32,000 nucleotides of DNA from Mycoplasmoides pneumoniae FH (GCF_001272835.1 NZ_CP010546.1:272809-304808), one strand, 5' to 3'. Counted from the stretch's first letter, positions 10,105-19,702 are shown. Notes: generated from the sequence alone by a model not told the origin. Made by a program: numbers and translations.

Positions 10105-12006
10105 TTGAAATTTCCAAAAAAGCGCTGACAAAAATGAGCGTTCCTGACCGGTAGTTTTACCGTTTTACCCACGCTAATTGCATTTTTCTCGATTTTACCG
10201 CACAGTTCTGTTTTAGAACCAAGCCACTTAAGGTTCAATTCAACTAGCCAGCGTTACCAATCTGACAACTCCCACCTCTTAAATTTACACGGTGAAGCAT
10301 TTAGTGATGCTGACTTGAATGCAGTGGCAGAGCATACTGACTGAGACGCTAACTTTGCTTTATTTCAGCAAAAGTTCAAGACAAAGCCAATTACGGTTAA
10401 CCAGTTAGGTTTAGTCGATGTTTTTAACTTGTTGAGTGGTTGAAAACAGAGTTTGACTGGTGTACTTGAAACAATTCCCCAACTGCAAAAGGAAATAAAA
10501 GCTGCTAATGACATTTTCCCTGTCAATGAACAAAGTCAAATTCCCCGTGTAGAAGCACGCTTATTTGACTTTTTGGGCAGTGGCTTTTTCCCGGTATTGA
10601 ACCCGAAAGGTTTAGGGTTAGCGGACAACGTTGCTAGTTTGTTTGAACAGTTTCAGCTAGCATCAATAAACTTAAGTGGTTTTGAAGTCAAACTGATTAA
10701 AACGCATGACATTGTCATTAAGAGTAAGGTACGTTACAGCTTTGAAGTGCAAATGCAGTTCCATGCTGTTTACCAAAATAACGACACTAAAGCTAATTTA
10801 GATTTTGCGCTCAATATTAGTACGATTAACTTCGCTACCTTACAAGAATTACAAAACAGTTTTGATCTTCAAGGTAGTGATTTAACGGCTGGGTTGTTTT
10901 ACAAATACAGCGTTAATAAGTTAACTAGTGGTACTAACGATTTAACCACAATTGCTAAAACCGCTTTAGGTGAAAACATTATCCAAAAGCAAGTGAGCCT
11001 AACACAATCAATTATTAAGCCACGCCTAGAAGCTGCAAAAACTCAGTACAAACAGGATATTATTGCACCATTTGCAAAGGAACGTCAAGCTGCTTTGGCA
11101 CAACATTTAAAAGAAATAGAAGAGGCCAAACAACGTGCCGAGCAATTATTAAAAGAACAGCAAGAAGCGGAAAAACGGCGCCAAGAAGAAGTTAAGAATG
11201 TCGCAGAAACACAACAGTTTAATGATAGCTTAACTTCAGCACAAAAATTTAAAGAGTACTGGTTAAAACAAGGTAAGGATGTTACCAAAAAGGTTGAACT
11301 CATTCAGGCGCTGAAATCATCTTTCTTCCGCAACCAAAACCGTACCTTTAACTTTTTAATTGCCGGTTTTCGAACTGCCATTGATTGGTACTACAATCAA
11401 GAGAAAAATAATACCACTGCTAAAAATAACGCTTTTGGTAAGAATGGCATTCAGTTCCCTGTGGCTGGCTTTCAGGGAATTTACATGTCACAGTGATTGC
11501 GTGACGAGCTCTCTGGTAAGACCGACATTAAGCTCAACTTAAAAAGTTTAAGTGTTCAGAATGAAAATAAAAATTCTTCCATTAATTGGAACAAGCAAAA
11601 AAGAATTGAGATTAAACAAGTAAAACCATTTAACTATTCTTTTGAAATTAACTTGAAGTACACTGGTAGCTATAATGTCAGTCTTTGATATCTAATTGGG
11701 GCTGCAATTGGTGGGATTCCAACATCTTGAAGTGGAACTATGGATATGAAGTTTATCGTTGATGGTGATTTGGATAGCGGTATTGTTACCAAGCAAGATT
11801 ATCCCGGTTCTAAGTTTGAATTTACCGAAGACAAACTGTGGTTTACCCTGCACGTTAAACAACAAATTAAAGTTAAAGAGCAGGGCTTTATGAACTTGCT
11901 TAAGGGTCAAAGTTTGGACAACTTGGATCTACGCACTGGTACAACTAAACCGCCAGTAGTTGATTTAGCGAGCTACCTCCACTTTGTTATTTTGACAGCT
12001 AAGTAG
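10105..12006 (+). CDS. Signal-anchored or secreted protein of unknown function with a central E/K/Q-rich coiled-coil (about 633 aa from TTG 10105)
   Basis: Frame 1 is open from 10105 to TAG 12004-12006 when TGA is read as Trp. In-frame TGA codons occur at 10126, 10135, 10342, 10441, 11494, 11686 and 11728. This joins track ORFs 10453..11496, 11497..11688 and 11740..12006. The N-terminus (L/M)KFPKKRWQKWAFLTGSFTVLPTLIAFFSILP looks like a signal sequence or anchor. The predicted coiled-coil includes KERQAALAQHLKEIEEAKQRAEQLLKEQQEAEKRRQEEVK. The start codon is uncertain because there is no in-frame ATG near the 5' end. Confidence 0.7.
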
Positions 12007-12030
12007 TTCATTGAGCCGCAAAGGCAGCAA

Positions 12031-12753
12031 ATGGAACAACTTTTAGACCAGTTTTTAAGTGGTGTTTTAAGCGAATGGAAGGCTTTTATTTTGCAAGAAG
12101 CCAAACAGACCTATTTTCAAGAATTGTTAGCTAAACTAAAAAATGTCGAGCAAGAGCTAACTCCCAAAGCCTCTCAAGTCTTTCGTCCCTTTAGCTTTTT
12201 TGCACCAAATAACACTAAACTAATTATTTACGGTCAGGATCCATATCCTAATCCACAACACGCTTGTGGTCTTTCGTTTGCCTCTAACGCCCCTAAACTA
12301 CCACAAAGCTTAAAGCGGATGATTCTGCGCTTGCAGCAAGAGTATCCGGAACTAGCAGGTCAAAATCACTGAACGAAGCAACTGTTAGAGGGTTGAGCAC
12401 AACAAGGCATCTTGTTGTTAAATGGCGTCTTTACCACCAATGCCTTTCAAACCAATGCGCACCGCAATTGGGGGTGAGAGCAGTTTAACTGTCATTTACT
12501 CGATTTTCTCTTGTCACAAAAACTCTATGTACTACTCGTTTTTTTGGGCAAACAAACCGAGAATTTTGTTCTTAAAAAGATTGGTGGAGCAAGCCAATTT
12601 GCTAGTTTATCCTACCCCCATCCCTCACCTTTAACCGGGCGGAAGTTTTTCGATCATCCCGATGCTTTGTTTAAGCAAATTAACCAGTGATTAAAGCACC
12701 ATAACCATACTCCAATTGATTGGACTAACGGCCAGGTACAGTACCAGTTCTAA
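12031..12753 (+). CDS. ung: Uracil-DNA glycosylase (240 aa)
   Basis: Track ORF 12031..12372 continues in frame through TGA codons at 12370, 12394, 12475 and 12688 to TAA 12751-12753. UDG motifs GQDPYP and HPSPLT are present, along with GILLLN and NWGWEQF. Confidence 0.9.
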
Positions 12754-12847
12754 CTGTTTTGGTAAAGTTTTGTCTTTAATTCAACAAACAAAGCTTTAGC
12801 ATTTTTCATTATTTTTCTTATGATTTTTATTCCGCTTGTACTCAAAC

Positions 12848-12939
12848 AGAAAAGCACAGCGAGCAGTCTTTTCTTTACAATGTAAAGAACTGCAAAGCTG
12901 CTTAAACCGTCTTTGCAAGCTTGTTTTAGAGTTGCAAAG
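12848..12939 (+). promoter_or_regulatory. Array of four related inverted repeats in the ung/gatC-fusion intergenic region, a candidate operator or 5'-leader structure
   Basis: Four elements are present. (1) AGAAAAG 12848-54 pairs with CTTTTCT 12868-74. (2) A 19-nt palindrome TTCTTTACA-A-TGTAAAGAA spans 12871-89. (3) TGCAAAG 12891-97 pairs with CTTTGCA 12911-17. (4) CTTTGCAA 12911-18 pairs with TTGCAAAG 12932-39. All three spaced repeats have 13-nt spacers. Confidence 0.6.
12876..12881 (+). promoter_or_regulatory. Candidate -10 box (TACAAT) for the gatC-fusion/gatA/gatB/gntR/trxB/whiA gene chain
   Basis: TACAAT lies 69 nt upstream of the ATG at 12951, inside the 19-nt palindrome. The same hexamer occurs upstream of rpsL. 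Confidence 0.4.
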
Positions 12940-12950
12940 CAAAGTCCAAA

Positions 12951-14390
12951 ATGGATAAATTAATAAATAAACCTCAACCATTAACTTCTGATATTTCCAC
13001 TTCTGGATTTATTTACTTTGCGGTTGTTTTTGTAGCCATTATGGGCTACCTTTTATTCAAAAATCTACTGTTTTTATTTTTCTTTAAACGCTATCCAAAA
13101 AACACTACCAAAATTGGGGTAGGTAACATTACCACGATTGCCATGATCATTGCTGTGGCGGTGTCGATTGTTTTAGTGTTAATGGCACTAGCAGGCGGTT
13201 TAGCCGCTGCTTTGTTCCGTGGTTATCCTGGTTTTCGGGTCACCTTGGAGTTAATCCTTGTAAAGATTTCGGGACTGTTGTTTGGTCCAATTGTCGGCAT
13301 TTTTTCCGCGGCCACAATTGACTTTTTAACGGTCATCTTTTCGGGTGGGGTTTTTAACGTTGGTTATGTTTTAGGTGCCATCTTAACCGGGATGATTGCT
13401 GGCATACTGCGTGAAGTTTTAATTTCAACAGCACTTTTACACAACCGTAATTTATCGGATTTTGCCTACCTAGTGCTCTCGATTGGCATGGTCATTGCCG
13501 CCTTTTTAATTACCCAGTTCTTTGTGCTTGGGATAAGTAATAACCTTAAGGAGATTAAGGGTGATGAAGAGTTTCGCTTGAAATTTAACGCACCACCAAT
13601 TGTCTTTGAGCTTTCGTTAACCCAGTACGCCAACATTCTGCTCTACTTTACCATTGCCATAGTTATTGCTATGCTGGTGTTGTACATTGTTTGGTTAGTC
13701 AAACAGCGTCACTTAAGTTTTGAGCACTCTCGTTTCTTTTACCGCAGTTACAAACATGCTAATCACCAGTTTACCCTGTTTGTACTAACTAAGAAAAACT
13801 GGTTCTATTTAATCTTGAATGTAATCACCTTAGCTTCCACTAGTTTGTTGATGATCAACATTGCCTTCATTCCGATCTTTGACACGCAAACAACTGGTCA
13901 AACATACGAGTTTTGACTATTAGCACGCTTACTGTTCGCTCCCGTAATCTTCTTGTTGGACATTATTGTGATCTATCCAATTCTGCTGTTATTAACCCCG
14001 CTAATGCTCAAAGGTTTTAAAACAGCAGTTTCTAAAAACCAACGCAAAACACTAAAACAAAGCTTTACTGATTTGCAAAGTGTAGTGTTGCCCATTATTA
14101 ACAAACGTAAACACCAGCAGTTGCGCCAAGAAGAGTTAAAACGCTTAGCACGAGCCACTCACTTTGATTTGACAGAAGGCGAAATGGAAAAGCTCTTGGT
14201 CGAATTTAAAACTATTACCCAGAGCTTTGACCGGGTGATGAACATTGATACCACCAGTGTGGAACCAATGTACGCACCTTTCAATACATCACCAACGCCA
14301 CTGCGTAAAGATAAGGTAATAGTGGAAAAGCATCCCGAAAAATTATTAGCCAACTGTAAGGAAATGAGTGTTGGCTTTGTCAAAGTATAG
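12951..14390 (+). CDS. gatC: Polytopic membrane domain (ECF S-component-like) fused to a C-terminal GatC domain, the Glu/Asp-tRNA amidotransferase subunit C (479 aa)
   Basis: ORFs 12951..13916 and 13953..14390 share a frame and join through TGA 13914-13916. About 8 hydrophobic helices are present, including [28 protein letters not shown]. The last 95 aa or so ([49 protein letters not shown]) form a typical GatC domain. gatA follows immediately. Confidence 0.85.
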
Positions 14391-14392
14391 TT

Positions 14393-15829
14393 GTGAAATC
14401 GCAAATCTTAAAGCTCCAGCAAACACTAACTAAAAAACCAGCGTCAATCAATCCGTTATTACAACAAATTGATGGAGCAATTAACGAACACTGATCGAGT
14501 AACTTTTTGTTGAAAAATACGGTTGAGTGAGCACAAGCCCAAGCACCCAAAAACCGCAGTAAATCACCACTCAACAACATTCCCTTTGTTTTAAAGGACA
14601 ACATTGCCACGAAGGGAATTGTTACTACTGGTGGTTCGAGGTTTTTGGAAGACTATATCCCGCCGTTTTCAGCAACTGTGTTTGAATTGCTAAACAACAG
14701 TGGCGCTTTATTAGTTGGTAAAGCGAACCTCGACGAGTTTGGTTTAGGCGGTACGGGGCTCCATTCGGGTTTTGGTTTTGTCCACCACCCTTGAAACGAA
14801 ACCCTAATTCCTGGTGGTTCTTCATCCGGTTCCGCTTATGCAGTGGCGCGCGGCATTGTTCCCTTTTCAATTGGTACGGACACGGGAGATTCGGTACGCC
14901 GTCCAGCTAGCATTTGTAACATTGTTGGTTTTAAGCCCACCTATGGTTTGATATCGCGGAACGGAGTGTATCCTTACGCGCCTAGTTTAGACCATGTCGG
15001 GATCTTTGCGCGGTATGTGTATGATGTAGCACTTGTTAGTGATGAAATCATTAAACATGACAAAGCTGATTTTTCCGCTCAAAAATCTCCTGATGCTGGC
15101 AAGTTTACCAGGTCCTTAAAAGAGTCCTTCAACAAGCAAATCAAGATAGGTTATCTAAAACCGCTAGAGGAATGGTTTGACATTGAACTGAGCAAAAAGT
15201 GAAACAGCTTAAAGGAAAGAATTACCTTGGAGGGTTGTGAGTTAATTCCGTTTCACTTTCCGCTTGAACTGCTAGAGGTAATTGATCCAGTTTACAAGCT
15301 GATTAGTTACAGTGAAGCGGTGAGCTGTTACAGTAATCTCACTGGGATTGTCTTTGGTCAAAAATTGTTTGAACCCAACCAAGCGAGTGACTTTTCCAAA
15401 ACAATTACTGCCAACCGCGACCGTTTCTTTGGTGAGCAGTTAAAACGCCGCTTTATTATTGGTGCTTTTGGTACTGACAAGAATAACTTTACCAAGTACT
15501 TTGAAAAGGCTCAAAAGATCCGCCGGGTAATGGTTGATGCTTACTTAAACCTGTTTAAAGAAGCGGATTTCATTGTGTCACCTAGTGCATCCGGCTTTAC
15601 TAAAACAATAGCTGCGGTGCAAAAGGGTGAGAGCTTTACTAACCTCGTGGATGACTTTTTACAACTAGCTAACTTTGCTGGTAATCCTTCAATTACTATT
15701 CCCTGATTGGTCAAACAAAAGGACCAAACGATTGGTTTGAGTGTTAATGCTAACTGCTTTCACGACAAGCAATTATTACAAGTAGCTGCTTGATTGGAGG
15801 AATTATTCCAAATTGAACATGATGATTAA
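14393..15829 (+). CDS. gatA: Glu/Asp-tRNA amidotransferase subunit A (478 aa)
   Basis: GTG 14393 is the first possible start after the in-frame stop at 14357. The frame reads through TGA at 14492, 14528, 14792, 15200, 15704 and 15791 to TAA 15827-15829. The amidase signature GGSSSGSAYAVA and GTDTGDSVRRPAS are present. The 5' third is missing from the ORF track. Confidence 0.93.
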
Positions 15830-17255
15830 CTTTGAAGCAATTATTGGGATTGAGGTACACGTGGTCTTAAACACTGCTACCAAAATGTTTTCCCCAGCGC
15901 CCAACCAAGCGCAAAACGCCACACCAAACCAGTTCATAAACGCGATTGATTTGGGCTTGCCTGGTACCATGCCCCAGGTCAATGAGCAGGCGGTACAAAA
16001 GGCGTTAATCCTTGCTGACGCGCTCAACATGCAACGGGTACAGCCAGTCTTAGTGTTTGACCGTAAGCACTACTTTTACCAAGATCTACCTAAGGGTTTT
16101 CAGATTACCCAGCAAAACTTTCCGATTGCGCAAAACGGTTACGTTGAAATTGTGGAAAACAACAAAGCGCAGCGGATTATCATTGAACGGTTTCACCTAG
16201 AGGAAGATACTGCCAAGCAACATTTTGTCGATGGGCAAATTCTGCTCGACTTTAACCGTTGTGGTGCACCGCTAATTGAAGTAGTTACCGCGCCCGTGAT
16301 TAAGAGTGCTAAGCAGTCTAAGGCATACTTGCAAAAGCTACGTCAAATTTTGATTGTTAACAACATTTCCAACGCTAAGCTCGAAGATGGCTCGATGCGC
16401 AGTGACTGTAATGTATCAGTGCGCTTAAAGGGACAAACTGCTTTTGGCACCAAGGTCGAAATTAAGAACATTAACTCACTCAATAATGTGGAAAAGGCAA
16501 TTGATTTGGAAATAGCACGTCAAGTCAAAGCACTAATTAAAGGCGAACCGGTTCAACAAGTTACCCTAACTTATGACGACAAAACCAATACCAATGTCTT
16601 CATGCGTAAAAAGGACAATTCAGTCGATTACCGTTATTTCATTGAACCCAACATTATGAGCAGTAACATTGATGAACTGCTACAAAAACCCAACAAGGCC
16701 TTTAACTTAACTGAGTTCTTTACCAAGCTCAAGGAAGCTGGGGTTAATGAGCAGCTAAATCAATTAGTAGTCGATGATCTGACTCTTTTTAATGCTTACA
16801 CCAAGATTAACAGTGTCATTAACAGTCCCCAAGATACCATTCGCTGGTTGTGCATTGAGTTAATGGGACAACTCAACAAGCTACAAAAACCGCTCAAGGA
16901 CAAAACGATTGATCACTTAATTATCCTAATCCAAATGGTACAGAAGGGCACCGTGAACCAAAAACAAGCAAAGCAGTTAATTGAGTTAATGTTAGACAAT
17001 GGGCAAGACCCCCAATCGCTGGCTAAACTACACAACTTAGAACAGATAACTGATGAAAAACAACTAACGCAAATCATCCAACAAATCTTTAAGGAAAACG
17101 AGGGTGAAATCCTTAAGAACTTAGATCGAGTTGAACGAATTCAAAAGCTAATTATAGGTCAAGTTATGCAAAGAACCCACAATCGCGCCAATCCCCAGCA
17201 AGTTTTTATAATTGTTGAAAAGTTGCTTCATGATTTCAGCGAAAGAGCAAGCTAA
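15819..17255 (+). CDS. gatB: Glu/Asp-tRNA amidotransferase subunit B (478 aa from ATG 15819)
   Basis: MMINFEAIIGIEVHVVLNT is a GatB-like N-terminus, and the C-terminal GatB/YqeY-like region is present. The TTG at 15813 in the track is less likely than ATG 15819 or 15822. The gene overlaps gatA by 11 nt. Confidence 0.93.
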   Translation: MMINFEAIIGIEVHVVLNTATKMFSPAPNQAQNATPNQFINAIDLGLPGTMPQVNEQAVQKALILADALNMQRVQPVLVFDRKHYFYQDLPKGFQITQQNFPIAQNGYVEIVENNKAQRIIIERFHLEEDTAKQHFVDGQILLDFNRCGAPLIEVVTAPVIKSAKQSKAYLQKLRQILIVNNISNAKLEDGSMRSDCNVSVRLKGQTAFGTKVEIKNINSLNNVEKAIDLEIARQVKALIKGEPVQQVTLTYDDKTNTNVFMRKKDNSVDYRYFIEPNIMSSNIDELLQKPNKAFNLTEFFTKLKEAGVNEQLNQLVVDDLTLFNAYTKINSVINSPQDTIRWLCIELMGQLNKLQKPLKDKTIDHLIILIQMVQKGTVNQKQAKQLIELMLDNGQDPQSLAKLHNLEQITDEKQLTQIIQQIFKENEGEILKNLDRVERIQKLIIGQVMQRTHNRANPQQVFIIVEKLLHDFSERAS

Positions 17256-17898
17256 AAAAGGTCAAATAATTTACCGTTACATTCTCCTTAAAATTCAAAG
17301 CTTTAAATGGCCTGCTGGCACCCGCATCTTCTCTGAACGCCAGCTCGAAATTCGTTTCGCTTCATCTAGAAGTCTCATTCGTACTATCCTCAATACCCTC
17401 TTAGGTAAAGATCTAATTCGCCACACTAAAGGTAATGCTGGTTACTTTGTCGCTAAGAATGCTGGTTTTAGTTTCTTTCATAAAACCCAGGACAACAAAT
17501 TGCCCAAGTGAGCTAAGCTCTCAACCTTAATGAAGAACCACCTACGCGAAGTTGACCGTGATGTTTTCAGCTCAATTGACAGTGGCGTTGACTTTGGTAA
17601 CTTTAAGGGTTTGGAAGCCAAGTTATTTGATGAAAACAAGAAGAATTTTTTAAACCTTAGCTTCTTTGGCAAGGATGATGTGCTCCAAATTTTTAGCGAG
17701 CAAAACCTCCAGGAACAATTCTTTAAGGACTTTGCTTACAACGGCATTGTGGTAGAGCGCAAAAGCTCCTTAATCTGTGTGGATGATGAGACTAAGAACT
17801 TACTGATCTACGACCTCTTTTATGATGACAACAATAAGTTCATAGTAGCAATGCGCTCTGAATATTTAAACCCCCGCATCAAAATTATTAATGCTTAA
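17230..17898 (+). CDS. GntR-family HTH transcriptional regulator (222 aa)
   Basis: ATG at 17230. The N-terminal winged HTH reads IYRYILLKIQSFKWPAGTRIFSERQLEIRFASSRSLIRTILNTLLGKDLIRHTKGNAGYFV. ORFs 17212..17511 and 17530..17898 join through TGA 17509-17511. The gene overlaps gatB by 26 nt. Confidence 0.82.
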
Positions 17899-18838
17899 AG
17901 TAAAGTCAGATTTTTTAACTAAAGATCAGGTTATTTACGATGTAGCGATAGTGGGTGCTGGGCCAGCTGGCATAGCAGCGGGTATTTATGGCAAACGCGC
18001 TAACCTCAATCTAGCCATTATTGAAGGTAGTACTCCCGGCGGTAAGGTTGTCAAAACCAACATTGTCGAGAACTATCCGGGTTACAAGTCAATTACCGGA
18101 CCTGACTTGGGGTTGGAAATGTACAACCACCTAATTGATTTAGAGCCCACCTTTTTCTATGCTAACCTAATTAAGTTAGATAAGGCAGCAGATACCTTTA
18201 TCTTGTACCTCGATGACAAAACTGTGGTGTTTGCCAAAACCGTTATTTACGCTACGGGAATGTTGGAGCGTAAACTGGGCGTAGCCAAAGAAGACCACTT
18301 TTACGGTAAGGGAATTAGTTACTGTGCCATTTGTGATGGGTCCTTGTACAAAGACCAGGTGGTGGGTGTTGTTGGTGGGGGGAACTCTGCCATTCAGGAA
18401 GCGTTGTATTTAGCTGGCATGGCTAAAACGGTGCACTTAATCCACCGCCGTGAGGGCTTTCGTGCTGATGAAACGGCGTTAAATAAACTGAGAAACTTAC
18501 CGAATGTTGTTTTTCACTTGAACTATACCGTAAAAGAATTGTTGGGTAACAATACCCTAAACGGCATAGTGCTTCAAAACACGCTCGATCATTCAACAAA
18601 ACAGATAGATCTCAATTGTGTCTTTCCCTATATTGGTTTTGAAAGTATTACCAAACCGGTGGAACACCTCAACTTAAAGTTAGATCCCCAGGGTTTTTTA
18701 ATTACCAATGAACAGATGGAAACAAGTTTAAAGGGTCTGTTTGCAGCAGGTGATTGTCGTTCTAAGCACTTCCGTCAAATTGGTACTGCCATTAATGACG
18801 GCATTATCGCGGTGTTAACGATCCGTGATGTCCTTTAG
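17891..18838 (+). CDS. trxB: Thioredoxin-disulfide reductase (315 aa)
   Basis: An FAD-binding motif GAGPAG, the redox-active CAICDG and an NADPH-binding motif GGGNSA are present in an uninterrupted ORF. Confidence 0.95.
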   Translation: MLKVKSDFLTKDQVIYDVAIVGAGPAGIAAGIYGKRANLNLAIIEGSTPGGKVVKTNIVENYPGYKSITGPDLGLEMYNHLIDLEPTFFYANLIKLDKAADTFILYLDDKTVVFAKTVIYATGMLERKLGVAKEDHFYGKGISYCAICDGSLYKDQVVGVVGGGNSAIQEALYLAGMAKTVHLIHRREGFRADETALNKLRNLPNVVFHLNYTVKELLGNNTLNGIVLQNTLDHSTKQIDLNCVFPYIGFESITKPVEHLNLKLDPQGFLITNEQMETSLKGLFAAGDCRSKHFRQIGTAINDGIIAVLTIRDVL

Positions 18839-19670
18839 TGTTCAGATTAAGCACGAGTTAGCCACCAACCCTTTAATTAAAACAGAGTGATCCAGCTTTT
18901 TAGCTGGTTATTTTCAAAACGGGTTAAAACTACTCGCTACTGGTCAATGATCCTTTAAAACTAGCACTGCTACTTTAAAGGCGTTGTTTAGCAATGCACT
19001 CCAGTTTAGTTTTCAAATCCACGAAACGAGCACTCACTGTGAGTTTAGTTTTAGGGCTTCGCAAACAGAGGTGGATCAGTTGTTAGCCTTTGATGCAACT
19101 CAGAGCGATTTACCGCTACAGAAGGCCTATGTCATTGGTGCCTTTTTGAGTGGTGGTAGTGTGAGCGATTTACTCCATTCCAGTAACTTTCACCTCCAAA
19201 TTAGCACTAACAACGAACTGCAAATAAAACAGTTAATGAAGCTGTTTCATCCTTTTAAACAAACCACTAAGCGCCACCAGCTTTTGGTCTATGTTAAAAG
19301 CTATCAGGCCATTTGTGACTTCTTTAAACTAGTCGAAGCTTTTGATGGTTATCTAGCCTTTGAAGAAAACCAATTGCAAAAAAATTTTGCCTTAGAACAA
19401 GTGCGTAAAAGTAACTTAGAAATTGCTAACCTAATGCGCACTTTAAAGACCAGCACAAGCACAGCGGAACAGCTAAAAATCCTCATAAACAGTGCTGACT
19501 TTAAAAAGCAATCGCTCAACTTTCAGCGCTTTTGTTTAGTCAAACTAGACCATCCTGACTGGTCATTAGAACAAATTGCCCAGTTTTTTGAAAGGAAATA
19601 CAAAGTGCAAATTACCCGTTCGGGAATTCAACACCTCAACGCTAAGTTAAAAAAACTAAACCAAAATTAA
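18828..19670 (+). CDS. whiA: WhiA-family DNA-binding protein (280 aa)
   Basis: ATG 18828 overlaps trxB by 11 nt. The N-terminus MSFSVQIKHELATNPLIKTEWSSFLAGYFQNG is typical of WhiA (FS..vK.EL). It reads through TGA at 18888 and 18939 into track ORF 18984..19670. A C-terminal HTH is present (SLEQIAQFFERKYKVQITRSGIQHLNAKLKKL). Confidence 0.82.
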
Positions 19671-19680
19671 AGCATTAGTT

Positions 19681-19686
19681 TAAAAT
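19681..19686 (+). promoter_or_regulatory. Candidate -10 box (TAAAAT) for secG-rnr-cdaM
   Basis: TAAAAT lies in the 32-nt whiA/secG gap, 16 nt upstream of the secG ATG at 19703. Confidence 0.35.
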
Positions 19687-19702
19687 TAACACACATTAAA
19701 GC

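Noticed and set aside
12422-12634. A 70-aa plus-strand ORF inside the ung region
   Set aside because: It is out of frame with ung. The ung frame carries the conserved motifs (NWGWEQF, HPSPLT) through the same nucleotides.
12790-12797. The AAAGCTTT palindrome downstream of ung
   Set aside because: It is an 8-bp self-complementary sequence with no loop, too short to be meaningful. It is expected by chance in AT-rich DNA.
12848-12874. Hairpin A, followed by T-rich sequence, as an intrinsic terminator for ung
   Set aside because: The stem is only 7 bp, it is A/T-rich (5 of 7 pairs), and the loop is 13 nt. The downstream run (TTACAA) is not a U-tract. This is a poor fit to a rho-independent terminator.
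12796-12981. A 61-aa minus-strand ORF spanning the ung/gatC-fusion intergenic region
   Set aside because: It has no recognisable start context or homology features. It overlaps the start of the plus-strand membrane gene and runs through the inverted-repeat array. It is more likely a chance ORF in AT-rich DNA. A small basic Cys-containing peptide cannot be strictly excluded.
14159-14870. Three minus-strand ORFs (76-81 aa) opposite the gatC 3' end and the gatA 5' third
   Set aside because: They appear prominent only because the true plus-strand gatA frame is hidden by TGA codons in the standard-code track. The plus-strand frame there carries the amidase N-terminal motifs.
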